64,000 nucleotides of DNA from an uncultured Candidatus Saccharibacteria bacterium (lineage in GTDB: Bacteria; Patescibacteriota; Minisyncoccia; Phycocordibacterales; Phycocordibacteraceae): the NCBI GenBank assembly GCA_964446735.1, contig CAYUQB010000001.1, positions 111,270 through 175,269 of the forward strand. The letters run 5' to 3'. The notes beneath the pieces were generated by a model. The model made no database searches. It saw nothing but the letters and a program-made list of their open reading frames with translations, and was not told the origin of the DNA. Position 1 is the stretch's first letter. Each line of letters opens with the position of its first letter. The translations under genes and the position numbers were made by a program. This document shows, one piece after another, positions 48,566-56,736 of the stretch.

Positions 48566-48943
48566 ATGACCAGGTTCATGCGAACTGCCGTCCTGGAGGC
48601 GACCCTGCGCGCTGAGCTCACGCCGGCCGTGATGAGCGGCAAGGCCTGGCTCGACGAGAACTACCCCGGCTGGCATGCCAAGGTCGACATCGGTGTGCTC
48701 GACATCGGATGCCGCGAGTGCTGCATGATCGGCCAGCTCGAGACGGAGGGCAACTACAACGAGACGGTTCGGCGCCTGAAGCTCCGGGACACCACGATGG
48801 AGTCCCTCGGCCTCTTCGTGAAGGGGCCGGAGACCGAACTGAGGTCCTTCACGTACGACATCCTGACCGACCTCTGGATCGAGATGATCGTGTTGGCGGG
48901 CGCGGCCAACGACACCGGCGAGCGCCAGTTGCTGGCCGCCTGA
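48566..48943 (+). CDS. hypothetical protein (orphan, possibly phage-like)
   Basis: GGAGGTG SD; G.AWLD...PGW...VD...LD......CMIGQL. Confidence 0.7.
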   Translation: MTRFMRTAVLEATLRAELTPAVMSGKAWLDENYPGWHAKVDIGVLDIGCRECCMIGQLETEGNYNETVRRLKLRDTTMESLGLFVKGPETELRSFTYDILTDLWIEMIVLAGAANDTGERQLLAA

Positions 48944-48954
48944 CGCAACGGCAA

Positions 48955-48980
48955 GGCCGCTGGGAGAGATCCCAGCGGCC
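48955..48980. terminator. hairpin terminator
   Basis: GGCCGCTGGGA-GAGA-TCCCAGCGGCC. Confidence 0.65.
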
Positions 48981-49000
48981 GCCACCTTTTATACCCCTTA

Positions 49001-49339
49001 CTACGCTGGGCGCTTAGTCATCACTCCAAAGAGTGCAGTGACCAATGAGACCACAATCGAGAAGAAGAATGCCGGCCAGAACCCGTCCACATCGAAACCG
49101 GGAACGAGCATCCCCGCCAGGATAATGAGCAGTGCGTTTACGATGAGCGAGAAGATGCCCAACGTCACGATATTCAAAGGAAGCGTGAGCAGATTGATGA
49201 TGGGCTTGAAGAAAACGTTGATAACACCAAGCACCACCGCAAGCACGATGGCGCCCAGAAGTGACACGGAGACGCCCGGTATCAGATATGCAGCAATGAG
49301 AATGGCCACTGCTGAAACGAGCCAATGGATGAGGGTCAT
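49001..49339 (-). CDS. YvlD / phage holin 4-TM family membrane protein
   Basis: KPI..LLTLPLNIVTLG.F.LIVNA. Confidence 0.88.
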   Translation of the reverse strand: MTLIHWLVSAVAILIAAYLIPGVSVSLLGAIVLAVVLGVINVFFKPIINLLTLPLNIVTLGIFSLIVNALLIILAGMLVPGFDVDGFWPAFFFSIVVSLVTALFGVMTKRPA

Positions 49340-49417
49340 GAATATGACGCTAGCGGATAACAGTATTCAGTATAGCGCTGTATAGAGAAGTGAAGGTGAA
49401 GGGTGTGCTTAACTCTT

Positions 49418-50080
49418 CTAGCGGGAGAACGCAAAGGTTCCGACAACCGTATCAAGCGCAGCGTACGCAGCATCTAACGTCTCCTGCGGTATATCGTCTG
49501 GACTATCCGGATCATCCTCGTAGGACGCACCAGCAGCAATGTGTTCAACGGCATAGCAGGCACCCTCATGTATGACTCGGTAACTCATTCCTTTCACATA
49601 CTGCATCATGCCAGCGCTTTGAAATGAGAACACTTTGAATGGGGTGCCACCGAGCATACGGTCAGGAAGCTGTCGCTCTCCTTGTTCTGCTGCCGGCGTC
49701 TCACAGCGAGCTATCTCTGCCGGATCACGAGAGACACCGATGCGTATTTCCGCATCGAAATACCGAGGATAGGAATGCTCGGAGGCGGTGCGATAGCCGA
49801 TAAGAGCAATGACCGGTGTGCCGGTCCCGCTCGGGAGTGCGTTAGCACGCCAGGTGGCGGGAAGATGATAAAACGAGGTAAATGTTTCGTCAGTTTGGAA
49901 AGTTTCTGGATACCGAATAGTAAATCCATATTCACCACTCGCAAAAATTGCCTGCCCAGTAAGATCTTCACTTGGTGCGAACGTGGTATCGGGAAGCGCA
50001 AACAGAAGATACCACCCCACCCCGAGCACTACCGCAAGAATGATGGCGAGCGCAAGAAGCGCTTTCGTTGCGGTCGTCAT
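49418..50080 (-). CDS. membrane-anchored exported protein
   Basis: N-terminal TM, YGFTIRYP, Cys pair. Confidence 0.7.
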   Translation of the reverse strand: MTTATKALLALAIILAVVLGVGWYLLFALPDTTFAPSEDLTGQAIFASGEYGFTIRYPETFQTDETFTSFYHLPATWRANALPSGTGTPVIALIGYRTASEHSYPRYFDAEIRIGVSRDPAEIARCETPAAEQGERQLPDRMLGGTPFKVFSFQSAGMMQYVKGMSYRVIHEGACYAVEHIAAGASYEDDPDSPDDIPQETLDAAYAALDTVVGTFAFSR

Positions 50081-50081
50081 G

Positions 50082-51083
50082 CTACTTAATATTCAAACCT
50101 CCCCCGGTTTGTGTCATCGACGTAGGGGCGCCTTGAGCTGTTAGGTTCGGAATAGCAACATCGATTTTTGGTGTGAGTGCACCCGTTGGGGAAAGTGAGG
50201 TAGGGGTAAGACGGAACTTAAACGTGGTCGTGGCAGCACGGGGTGGTACTTTCCCGAAACGTCCCGTGACCGGATGCTTGGCAGGTGTGGTGGTGGGCGC
50301 TGTGGCAACGGACTTTGCAGCCATAAGAGACACCTCGGCTGGTGCATCCGTTGGTAGTGAAGCATCTGCTACCGTCGCTGCCGTACTCTCTTCATCGGGA
50401 GTTTCGGTGACTACACTCGCTACCGAAGGACCGGTGCCGGAAATGCTTTCACTCGTCGCCACGACCGAGCGCAGGAGCTCCCTGCTCTGACTACTGTCTT
50501 TCGCGGTAACGGCACCAAGCGCTTGGGCCTCTCCGGCAAGCTGTGCTGCAAGCGCTGCCTTAACCTTACGGGCTGCGGAAAGGTCGCCACGCGCTGCGAG
50601 GTCATCGCTCTTACGAGCAGCGATCTGCACTCGCTCATCAAAGGCTTTCGAAAGATACGCCTGACGCTCCGGGGTGAGCGTTCCTCGTGTGGCAAGCGTC
50701 ACCGCTTCATCAATACGCCTCGTTGCGATATCAGCAGCAACCTGTGCCTGCCCGGAAGCCGTGGGCGAGAAGGCCGTCATCACTGGCTCGTTTACATGAA
50801 TCTTAAGTGCATACAAAGAATCTCCGGGTGCACTTCCTTCGGCAGCGAAGGTGACCGCGCTCCCTGCGACAAGAATAACGGCCAGCGCCGGGACCATGCG
50901 AGCGAAGCGACGAGACGCGAACACCGCAAAGAACCCGTCCGTGTACGAGGGAGACGTGTCTGATCCGTACACCGGATGCAAATCCGTGTACGAAACCAGG
51001 CGTTCACGCAGAGCAAGCCGTTCGTTATCAGAAAGGCGTACAGCGCGTAGGCGCGACAGGAATGTAGTAATGGGGTCAGTCAT
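50082..51083 (-). CDS. putative anti-sigma factor (DUF5667-like)
   Basis: TM followed by SAPGDSLYALK..NE; overlaps the stop of the ECF sigma gene. Confidence 0.7.
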   Translation of the reverse strand: MTDPITTFLSRLRAVRLSDNERLALRERLVSYTDLHPVYGSDTSPSYTDGFFAVFASRRFARMVPALAVILVAGSAVTFAAEGSAPGDSLYALKIHVNEPVMTAFSPTASGQAQVAADIATRRIDEAVTLATRGTLTPERQAYLSKAFDERVQIAARKSDDLAARGDLSAARKVKAALAAQLAGEAQALGAVTAKDSSQSRELLRSVVATSESISGTGPSVASVVTETPDEESTAATVADASLPTDAPAEVSLMAAKSVATAPTTTPAKHPVTGRFGKVPPRAATTTFKFRLTPTSLSPTGALTPKIDVAIPNLTAQGAPTSMTQTGGGLNIK

Positions 51084-51582
51084 GGATATGGAGTCGGTCC
51101 TGGACCTTTTTTACGGCTCGATTGATACGTACCGACACAGCATTTGCGGTCTCGCCTGATAGGGCAGCTATCTCTTGAGGCGACATACCCTCCACAAATC
51201 GGAGCGTGAGCGCTTCACGTGCCGGTTCATCGAGTTCGCGCACCACGTCGAGTACCTCGCGCACTTCGGCATGCTCCTTGATGGAGCGATGATCGTCGCC
51301 CGCAAACTCGAACCCGTCCTCGGTGAGCGCATCGAGCGACCGTTCCTTGCGCTTCCGATACCAGTCAATCACAAGATTGCGCGCGATGGTATAGAGGAGC
51401 GCCCGGTCGTTCTCAACTATCACGCCACTTCGCAACTGCTGCCAGTAGCGCATGAAGGCGTCTTGGGAGAGATCAAGCGCGATTTCGCGGCTCGAAACTT
51501 TGAGCACGCAAAAGCGAAAGATATCGTCAGCGTACTGGTCGTAGACCGCAAGAAAATGGTCCTGGGCTTCGTCGTGGTCCAT
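51076..51582 (-). CDS. ECF RNA polymerase sigma factor
   Basis: DLSQDAFMRYW, LYTIARNLVIDWYRK, EGMSPQEIA...V..RINRA. Confidence 0.93.
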   Translation of the reverse strand: MDHDEAQDHFLAVYDQYADDIFRFCVLKVSSREIALDLSQDAFMRYWQQLRSGVIVENDRALLYTIARNLVIDWYRKRKERSLDALTEDGFEFAGDDHRSIKEHAEVREVLDVVRELDEPAREALTLRFVEGMSPQEIAALSGETANAVSVRINRAVKKVQDRLHIHD

Positions 51583-51658
51583 GGGGTATGACGGTCGGGC
51601 GCTGGTGTTCTTACCGCGCCTCGCACGTGTCCCCGCATTGTATCAAAGACAAGCGATA

Positions 51659-52267
51659 TTATCCGATCAGCTCTCGGATAATGGCGAGTATCTCCGCTTG
51701 TGTCGCTGGCGCCAGTGCCATGGAGGCGAGGTACCCTTCTGAGCTAAGTAGTGTGCGCACCCGTACTTCCAGTGCCGTCTTCATGCGATCTCTCTCTACA
51801 AGTGTCACCTTTCCGTACCACGGTTCGGTGAACTGTACGGAACCGGTCGAGGCAACACTCGCCCTCCTTGGAACCGACAACGTGACAAGCCCGAGCAATC
51901 GTCCCTGTTTGCGGTATTCCACTGATATCCCTTGAGACGAGAGGGTTATGGACTCTAATGCCGAGTCTTGGATAAGGGTGAGTCGAGCGTATGTCTCCAG
52001 CTCTTTAACGGTACGTATTGAAGAAGCAGGGGGAAGATTCGTGGTGGTCGTTGCGAGTTCTCCACTGCGCCTCACCACTACCGTTTTTTGGGTTGCATCT
52101 GGGAGCGTTGTGCCGCTCGTCGACGCCGTAACAGCACTTGTGGTAGTCGCGCTATCAGGCAGAGCCTGTGCGCTCGCCACCCTGGTCATGATGAACAAAC
52201 TCAGAAGACCCGCGATCATGAGCGCTGGAACGACGATGATTAAATCGAATACCGGATTACGAAACAT
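51659..52267 (-). CDS. exported hypothetical protein
   Basis: N-terminal hydrophobic segment, Thr-rich linker. Confidence 0.65.
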   Translation of the reverse strand: MFRNPVFDLIIVVPALMIAGLLSLFIMTRVASAQALPDSATTTSAVTASTSGTTLPDATQKTVVVRRSGELATTTTNLPPASSIRTVKELETYARLTLIQDSALESITLSSQGISVEYRKQGRLLGLVTLSVPRRASVASTGSVQFTEPWYGKVTLVERDRMKTALEVRVRTLLSSEGYLASMALAPATQAEILAIIRELIG

Positions 52268-52309
52268 TACTTCAGTTGTACGCGTCTCTCCGTGAAGTAC
52301 CGGTTAACA

Positions 52310-52345
52310 GATGAAGCCCTCATCCGTTGGGATGAGGGCTTCATC
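52310..52345. terminator. hairpin terminator
   Basis: GATGAAGCCCTCATCC-GTTG-GGATGAGGGCTTCATC perfect stem. Confidence 0.7.
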
Positions 52346-52358
52346 AAAGAAGAATGCT

Positions 52359-52805
52359 CTATCGAGTCTTCTTAGTTTTCTTCTTCACCGCTTTCTTTGG
52401 TGCCGGCCGTGCCGCTTTCGTCACCTTCTTAACCGCACGTTTCATTGCAGGAGCAGGTTCCATTTCCTTCTTGATCTGTACCCAGTTCTTCTTGAGCTCG
52501 CGCACTGCCGAACGTACATCGCCAGCGGCAACACCTCGCACTCCCTGATATGCGGCGGCTGCGTCATCAACGACGCGGGCGACCGTCTTCGCATCGACTT
52601 TCTTAAGTGACTTCACCCCCTTCTCAACATCACGCTTGAGGCCCTTCGCCCAGACGCTTGCCGCCTGACGATGCTTCTTTGCATTCTTTGTGCCGTAGAA
52701 ATAGTAGCCAGCGGCTCCTGCAGCGGCAGCTGCGGCAAGCGCTGCAGCTCCAGCGGCAACCGCTCTCGTATTCGTCTTGCCTGTCGCCCGTTTCTTCGTT
52801 GCCAT
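52359..52805 (-). CDS. Lys/Ala-rich protein with an Ala/Gly anchor (YtxH-like)
   Basis: AAAAAGAAGYYFYG, strongly basic C-terminus. Confidence 0.75.
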   Translation of the reverse strand: MATKKRATGKTNTRAVAAGAAALAAAAAAGAAGYYFYGTKNAKKHRQAASVWAKGLKRDVEKGVKSLKKVDAKTVARVVDDAAAAYQGVRGVAAGDVRSAVRELKKNWVQIKKEMEPAPAMKRAVKKVTKAARPAPKKAVKKKTKKTR

Positions 52806-52814
52806 GATTCTAGG

Positions 52815-53099
52815 TTAGGTAGTAGGTTCGGATCGCTTCGAGCGTTTGCGAGGTTTCTTAAGACCGATGAGGTCGAGGAAATGGGTGACACGGAGTCCCT
52901 CGTCTTTAACGCGGGCGCGCACGTCTTCAATATCCTTTCGGATCTGTCGTCCCTCCTCCTCAACCATCACCGAGATGTCCTCGACGTTCTTCAATATCCG
53001 AAGCACCCGGATGAGAATCACCGCAAGCAGAAGCGTTGTGATGACGACCGCGACAGTAGTCACCACAAAGAAGATATCCATCTTGAGGAAGTCATCCAT
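52815..53099 (-). CDS. single-TM coiled-coil hypothetical protein
   Basis: DIFFVVTTVAVV TM helix followed by a coil. Confidence 0.7.
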   Translation of the reverse strand: MDDFLKMDIFFVVTTVAVVITTLLLAVILIRVLRILKNVEDISVMVEEEGRQIRKDIEDVRARVKDEGLRVTHFLDLIGLKKPRKRSKRSEPTT

Positions 53100-53143
53100 G
53101 GGTACCTGTATGGTAGCGCACTAGATGGTGGGTTGTCCCCACC

Positions 53144-53377
53144 CTATACCTCCCGGACGAATACGAAACGTGGGCCTCGGTATCCGTACTCTGGTCTATC
53201 CACCTCCTCAAGGAACATCGCTTTGGGACGTACCACGTACGCAGCAGTCGCTCCCTCGTACAGCGGTCGATACACCACCATATCTTCTTCGGTTTCTGTG
53301 TGGTGTGCGATACCTAATACCTCATAGAGTTTCTCTGGATGTTTGAAGTGATAGTAGATGCCAGGTTTGGGTTCCAT
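53144..53377 (-). CDS. DUF1653 family protein
   Basis: GIYYHFK, HTETEE.MVVYRPLY, VRP..MF. Confidence 0.9.
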   Translation of the reverse strand: MEPKPGIYYHFKHPEKLYEVLGIAHHTETEEDMVVYRPLYEGATAAYVVRPKAMFLEEVDRPEYGYRGPRFVFVREV

Positions 53378-53378
53378 A

Positions 53379-53792
53379 TCAGGAAGTATATAGGGTGCCA
53401 GCCAGCCAATTTTCTATGACCTTGCGACTTGCCGCGAACATCTCTGACGGTAAATCATGTGGATCATGCCAGTGCCAATTAGCGCTTTTCTCAGGTTCTG
53501 CAGCATACGGTTCGCCTGACTTCCATTCAACGAGTACACCGATGTTCACGTAGTGCTTGCCATAGTCACGCTCGTTGTAGACCGAGACAATGCCTTGCAC
53601 GAGGACATCCGTAAGTCCTGTCTCTTCCGCGAGTTCTCGTGTTGCCGTTTCTTCAAATGAATCACCGAATTCAAGATGGCCACCCGGGAGCTGCCAGGTA
53701 TTGGCTCCATGAGATGCACGTCGTTCTCCAAGAAGTACTAACCCGTCCTTAACGACCAGGACACCAATACCAACGTTCGGACGTTCGGTCAT
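53379..53792 (-). CDS. Nudix hydrolase (MutT/NUDT15-like)
   Basis: WQLPGGHLEFGDSFEETATRELAEETGL, EPEK. Confidence 0.92.
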   Translation of the reverse strand: MTERPNVGIGVLVVKDGLVLLGERRASHGANTWQLPGGHLEFGDSFEETATRELAEETGLTDVLVQGIVSVYNERDYGKHYVNIGVLVEWKSGEPYAAEPEKSANWHWHDPHDLPSEMFAASRKVIENWLAGTLYTS

Positions 53793-54385
53793 GAAAGCGA
53801 TCGAATATCGGCAACAAGCTCTGGGAGCTCTGGCTGCTGGAAATGCTCGCGATCAGTAAAAGTGCGAACGGTTGCATCGGGGAGAAGATTGACGAACTTG
53901 GCGAGTTCGGAGAACGCTACGATAGGATCGTCCTCGCTGTGGTACAGAAAAAGATGCCCTCCCTGTTCACGCAGGAGTGCCAAGTCGTTCGTGACGTTAA
54001 AGTCATGGAGCGCACGATCCCCATCAGTATCAAACGGTGCAGCGACGAGATACGTTCCAAGGATGTGTGTATCGATCTTGTTTTCAGAAAGATACTTAGC
54101 AAGGAAGCTGCCACCGAGTGAATGCCCCACCAGAAGTACCGTCGGCTCAAGTTCTGGCAGGAGCTTTTCGAACCAAAGTTTCCATTCGGCATACTTGGCG
54201 TTCTGGGGGTTAGGCATCCTCGGGAGTACGACATCGTATAAGTCGCCGAGTGCAGCTTGAAGGCTTCCCTTCCAGCCTGATAGACGCAGGCGGTCGAGGT
54301 GGAGGATCGTCTCACACAGGTGCTTCCAAAACTCTTCGTACGTGGCAAACGAATCGCCCCCATGGATAACTACCACTTGTCTCAT
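53789..54385 (-). CDS. RBBP9/YdeN-family alpha/beta hydrolase
   Basis: IHGG, VGHSLGG, HSEDDPIV, HF. Confidence 0.88.
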   Translation of the reverse strand: MRQVVVIHGGDSFATYEEFWKHLCETILHLDRLRLSGWKGSLQAALGDLYDVVLPRMPNPQNAKYAEWKLWFEKLLPELEPTVLLVGHSLGGSFLAKYLSENKIDTHILGTYLVAAPFDTDGDRALHDFNVTNDLALLREQGGHLFLYHSEDDPIVAFSELAKFVNLLPDATVRTFTDREHFQQPELPELVADIRSLS

Positions 54386-54462
54386 GCCGAAAGTATAGCA
54401 AGTGCACATCAGGAGTGCGTTTTCTTCTATCAAATCCCACGCCAAGCAGATACTATGTAGAC

Positions 54463-55197
54463 ATGACCAAAGCTCCTTCCTCTACATTTCCCATGCGGAT
54501 CAATAAGTTTCTCGCACACAATGGTCATGCCACCAGGCGCGATGCAGATGCGCTTATCACAAAGGGTTTTGTCTATATAAACGGCAAGAAGGCCGAACTC
54601 GGCGACAAGGTACAGGAGAGCGATGAGATCGAGGTACGCACCCGCACCAAGCGCAGCTATATATACCTGGCATTCAATAAGCCCAAAGGGGTGGTGACGC
54701 TTGCAGAGGCGCGCGGCGATACCGATGTCATTGCTATGCTTCCCTCTGACTTACAACGCCTTCATCTTTTCCCGCTCGGGCGACTCGATAAGTCATCCTC
54801 TGGTCTCATCCTGCTTACCAACGATGGTCGCATTACTGACCGACTCCTTAATCCAGATCGTGACCACGAAAAAACATACGAGGTAACCACGAAGCTCCCC
54901 CTGCGACCCTCTTTTGCTGAACACATGGCGAAAGGCGTTTCCATCGAGGGATACCGAACAAGGCCCACCAAGGTGCAAGTTATTTCAGAAACGCGCTTTC
55001 GTATCACCCTTACGGAAGGTAAGAAGCATCAAATCAGACGTATGGTTGTTGCGATGCACAATGAGGTGAAGGATCTCAAACGTATCAGCATCATGAATGT
55101 GAAGTTGGGTTCGCTTCCCGCAGGCGAATATCGAAGACTGGAAGGTAAGGAACTCGCTACTTTCCTTGAGGCACTTGGGGTACCCACCATGACGTAG
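54463..55197 (+). CDS. RsuA/RluB/RluF-family pseudouridine synthase
   Basis: S4 domain, NKPKG, GRLDKSSSGL.LLTNDG, EGKKHQIRRM. Confidence 0.93.
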   Translation: MTKAPSSTFPMRINKFLAHNGHATRRDADALITKGFVYINGKKAELGDKVQESDEIEVRTRTKRSYIYLAFNKPKGVVTLAEARGDTDVIAMLPSDLQRLHLFPLGRLDKSSSGLILLTNDGRITDRLLNPDRDHEKTYEVTTKLPLRPSFAEHMAKGVSIEGYRTRPTKVQVISETRFRITLTEGKKHQIRRMVVAMHNEVKDLKRISIMNVKLGSLPAGEYRRLEGKELATFLEALGVPTMT

Positions 55198-55202
55198 GCT
55201 CG

Positions 55203-55646
55203 TTACGGGTACTCTGAATAAAATTCTCCACGTGCCATTCGTTCAAGTGAGTCGCGGACATACGTAACGGTGTTCTCTGGTAGCGCATCAAGACGTGTCC
55301 ACAGCAACTCATCGCATTTGTCTGGCTCTGCAATATGCGGTTCACCGTCCCACCGTTCGGTCATGAAGAAGAAGTCGACATAGTGTCCGAGCCCATCTTC
55401 GTTTGATGGATATGTAACATGTGCAAATTGTACGTCCGCTCGATTGATGTCAACGCCAACCTCTTCCTTTGCTTCGCGAATGGCGGCATCAAGGGGAAGT
55501 TCTCCCGGTTCAATGTGTCCGGCAGGTGGTTGATAGTTACCATCCTCGTATCCCGTATTGCATCTACGTGCGAGCAGGATCTCCCCTTCCCGCTTGAGGA
55601 TCATGTAGGCTGCAGGCGTTACGAAGTTTTTTGCATTTTCACTCAT
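55203..55646 (-). CDS. Nudix hydrolase
   Basis: PAGHIEPGE...DAAIREAKEEVGV, EPDKC. Confidence 0.92.
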   Translation of the reverse strand: MSENAKNFVTPAAYMILKREGEILLARRCNTGYEDGNYQPPAGHIEPGELPLDAAIREAKEEVGVDINRADVQFAHVTYPSNEDGLGHYVDFFFMTERWDGEPHIAEPDKCDELLWTRLDALPENTVTYVRDSLERMARGEFYSEYP

Positions 55647-56719
55647 TGGTACTGAATGTAGATTGGTGCTGGCTGGAGTGAGAGCACCTCTTCTGGCGTG
55701 AGCAGTCGTGTCGAGGGAGCCTTCATATCGTTTTTGTAAAACAACTTGAATCCGGTGAACTGCACTGGCTCTGACTGCACTACCCGCTTATACGTATTGA
55801 TCTTCTTTGCGCCAAATCCCCAGCCGTCCATGTCCATGACAATCTGCACTTCAGGTTGCAGTTTAATGTTGCGGTATCCCGTCACCATGCCTTCGGTGAA
55901 GCGATGTATCACCAGGATCTTCGGCGGCACATTATTCTCCTGCACAATGCGTGCAAGGAAGCTGGTCGCGTAGTTGATATCAGTGGAGCTCATCGTACCG
56001 ATGACGCGGCCGGGTGGTGTTCCGTTATGCATGGCAAATTCCGGATCCACTCCGAGGTGCACATTGGGGAGCTTGAGATACGGCTCAAGACGCGGCAGCT
56101 CCCGAGGAAGGTCAGAGAGACCTACTTGTATATCGAGGAACACCAAGCCATTCACCTGTGCGGCAAGGTCGATAGCCTTTTGAATTTCCTTTTCGGGCAT
56201 GCGTAGTCGATACGTGCCGTCCGCTTGTGGGCTTGCTTGGGCAGTCGTCACAATGTAATGGATGGCAGGTACGACGGGAGTCTCGGGATCTGCCGCCTCC
56301 CATCGCTTCGATTCAGCACGCAACTTTTCAAGCATTACGTGCGGTTCATACTCCCCGAGCACCCCCATGCGCGTGGAATAGAAATTACCGTAGTAGGCGA
56401 CAATGCGCTTGAACGGAAGTATCGCACCTGCTTTCGGATACGGACCTTTGACCGGCCATGCTCGAGTCGAGGTTCCAGTAGAGGTGCCGTAATTCGCGAG
56501 CTTCTCCATCCGCCGGTCGTACTCCTTGGTATCAAGCGTCGGGACCGTTGGCTTAGGCTTTAATAACGAAGTGAGTGTCGAGGTCGCCTGAGCTTCTGCA
56601 CGGTCATAACGCCCAGCAAAAAGCTCCGGGAGAAGTACGAAGTACAGGACAAGACACGCGAGGATAACTCCTACGCCGATGATAGTCCCGCGATGCGACT
56701 TTGGAGCGTCTTTGGCCAT
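55643..56719 (-). CDS. membrane-anchored conserved hypothetical protein (possible glycoside-hydrolase-like barrel)
   Basis: N-terminal TM, RIVAYYG, LDIQVG, HLGVDPEF, DMDGWG, GFKLFY. Confidence 0.75.
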   Translation of the reverse strand: MAKDAPKSHRGTIIGVGVILACLVLYFVLLPELFAGRYDRAEAQATSTLTSLLKPKPTVPTLDTKEYDRRMEKLANYGTSTGTSTRAWPVKGPYPKAGAILPFKRIVAYYGNFYSTRMGVLGEYEPHVMLEKLRAESKRWEAADPETPVVPAIHYIVTTAQASPQADGTYRLRMPEKEIQKAIDLAAQVNGLVFLDIQVGLSDLPRELPRLEPYLKLPNVHLGVDPEFAMHNGTPPGRVIGTMSSTDINYATSFLARIVQENNVPPKILVIHRFTEGMVTGYRNIKLQPEVQIVMDMDGWGFGAKKINTYKRVVQSEPVQFTGFKLFYKNDMKAPSTRLLTPEEVLSLQPAPIYIQYQ

Positions 56720-56736
56720 CGCTCCATTCTACGGTA

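Noticed and set aside
49001-49339. Prophage lysis cassette
   Set aside because: YvlD-type holin-family genes are common chromosomal genes; no endolysin or structural phage genes are nearby.
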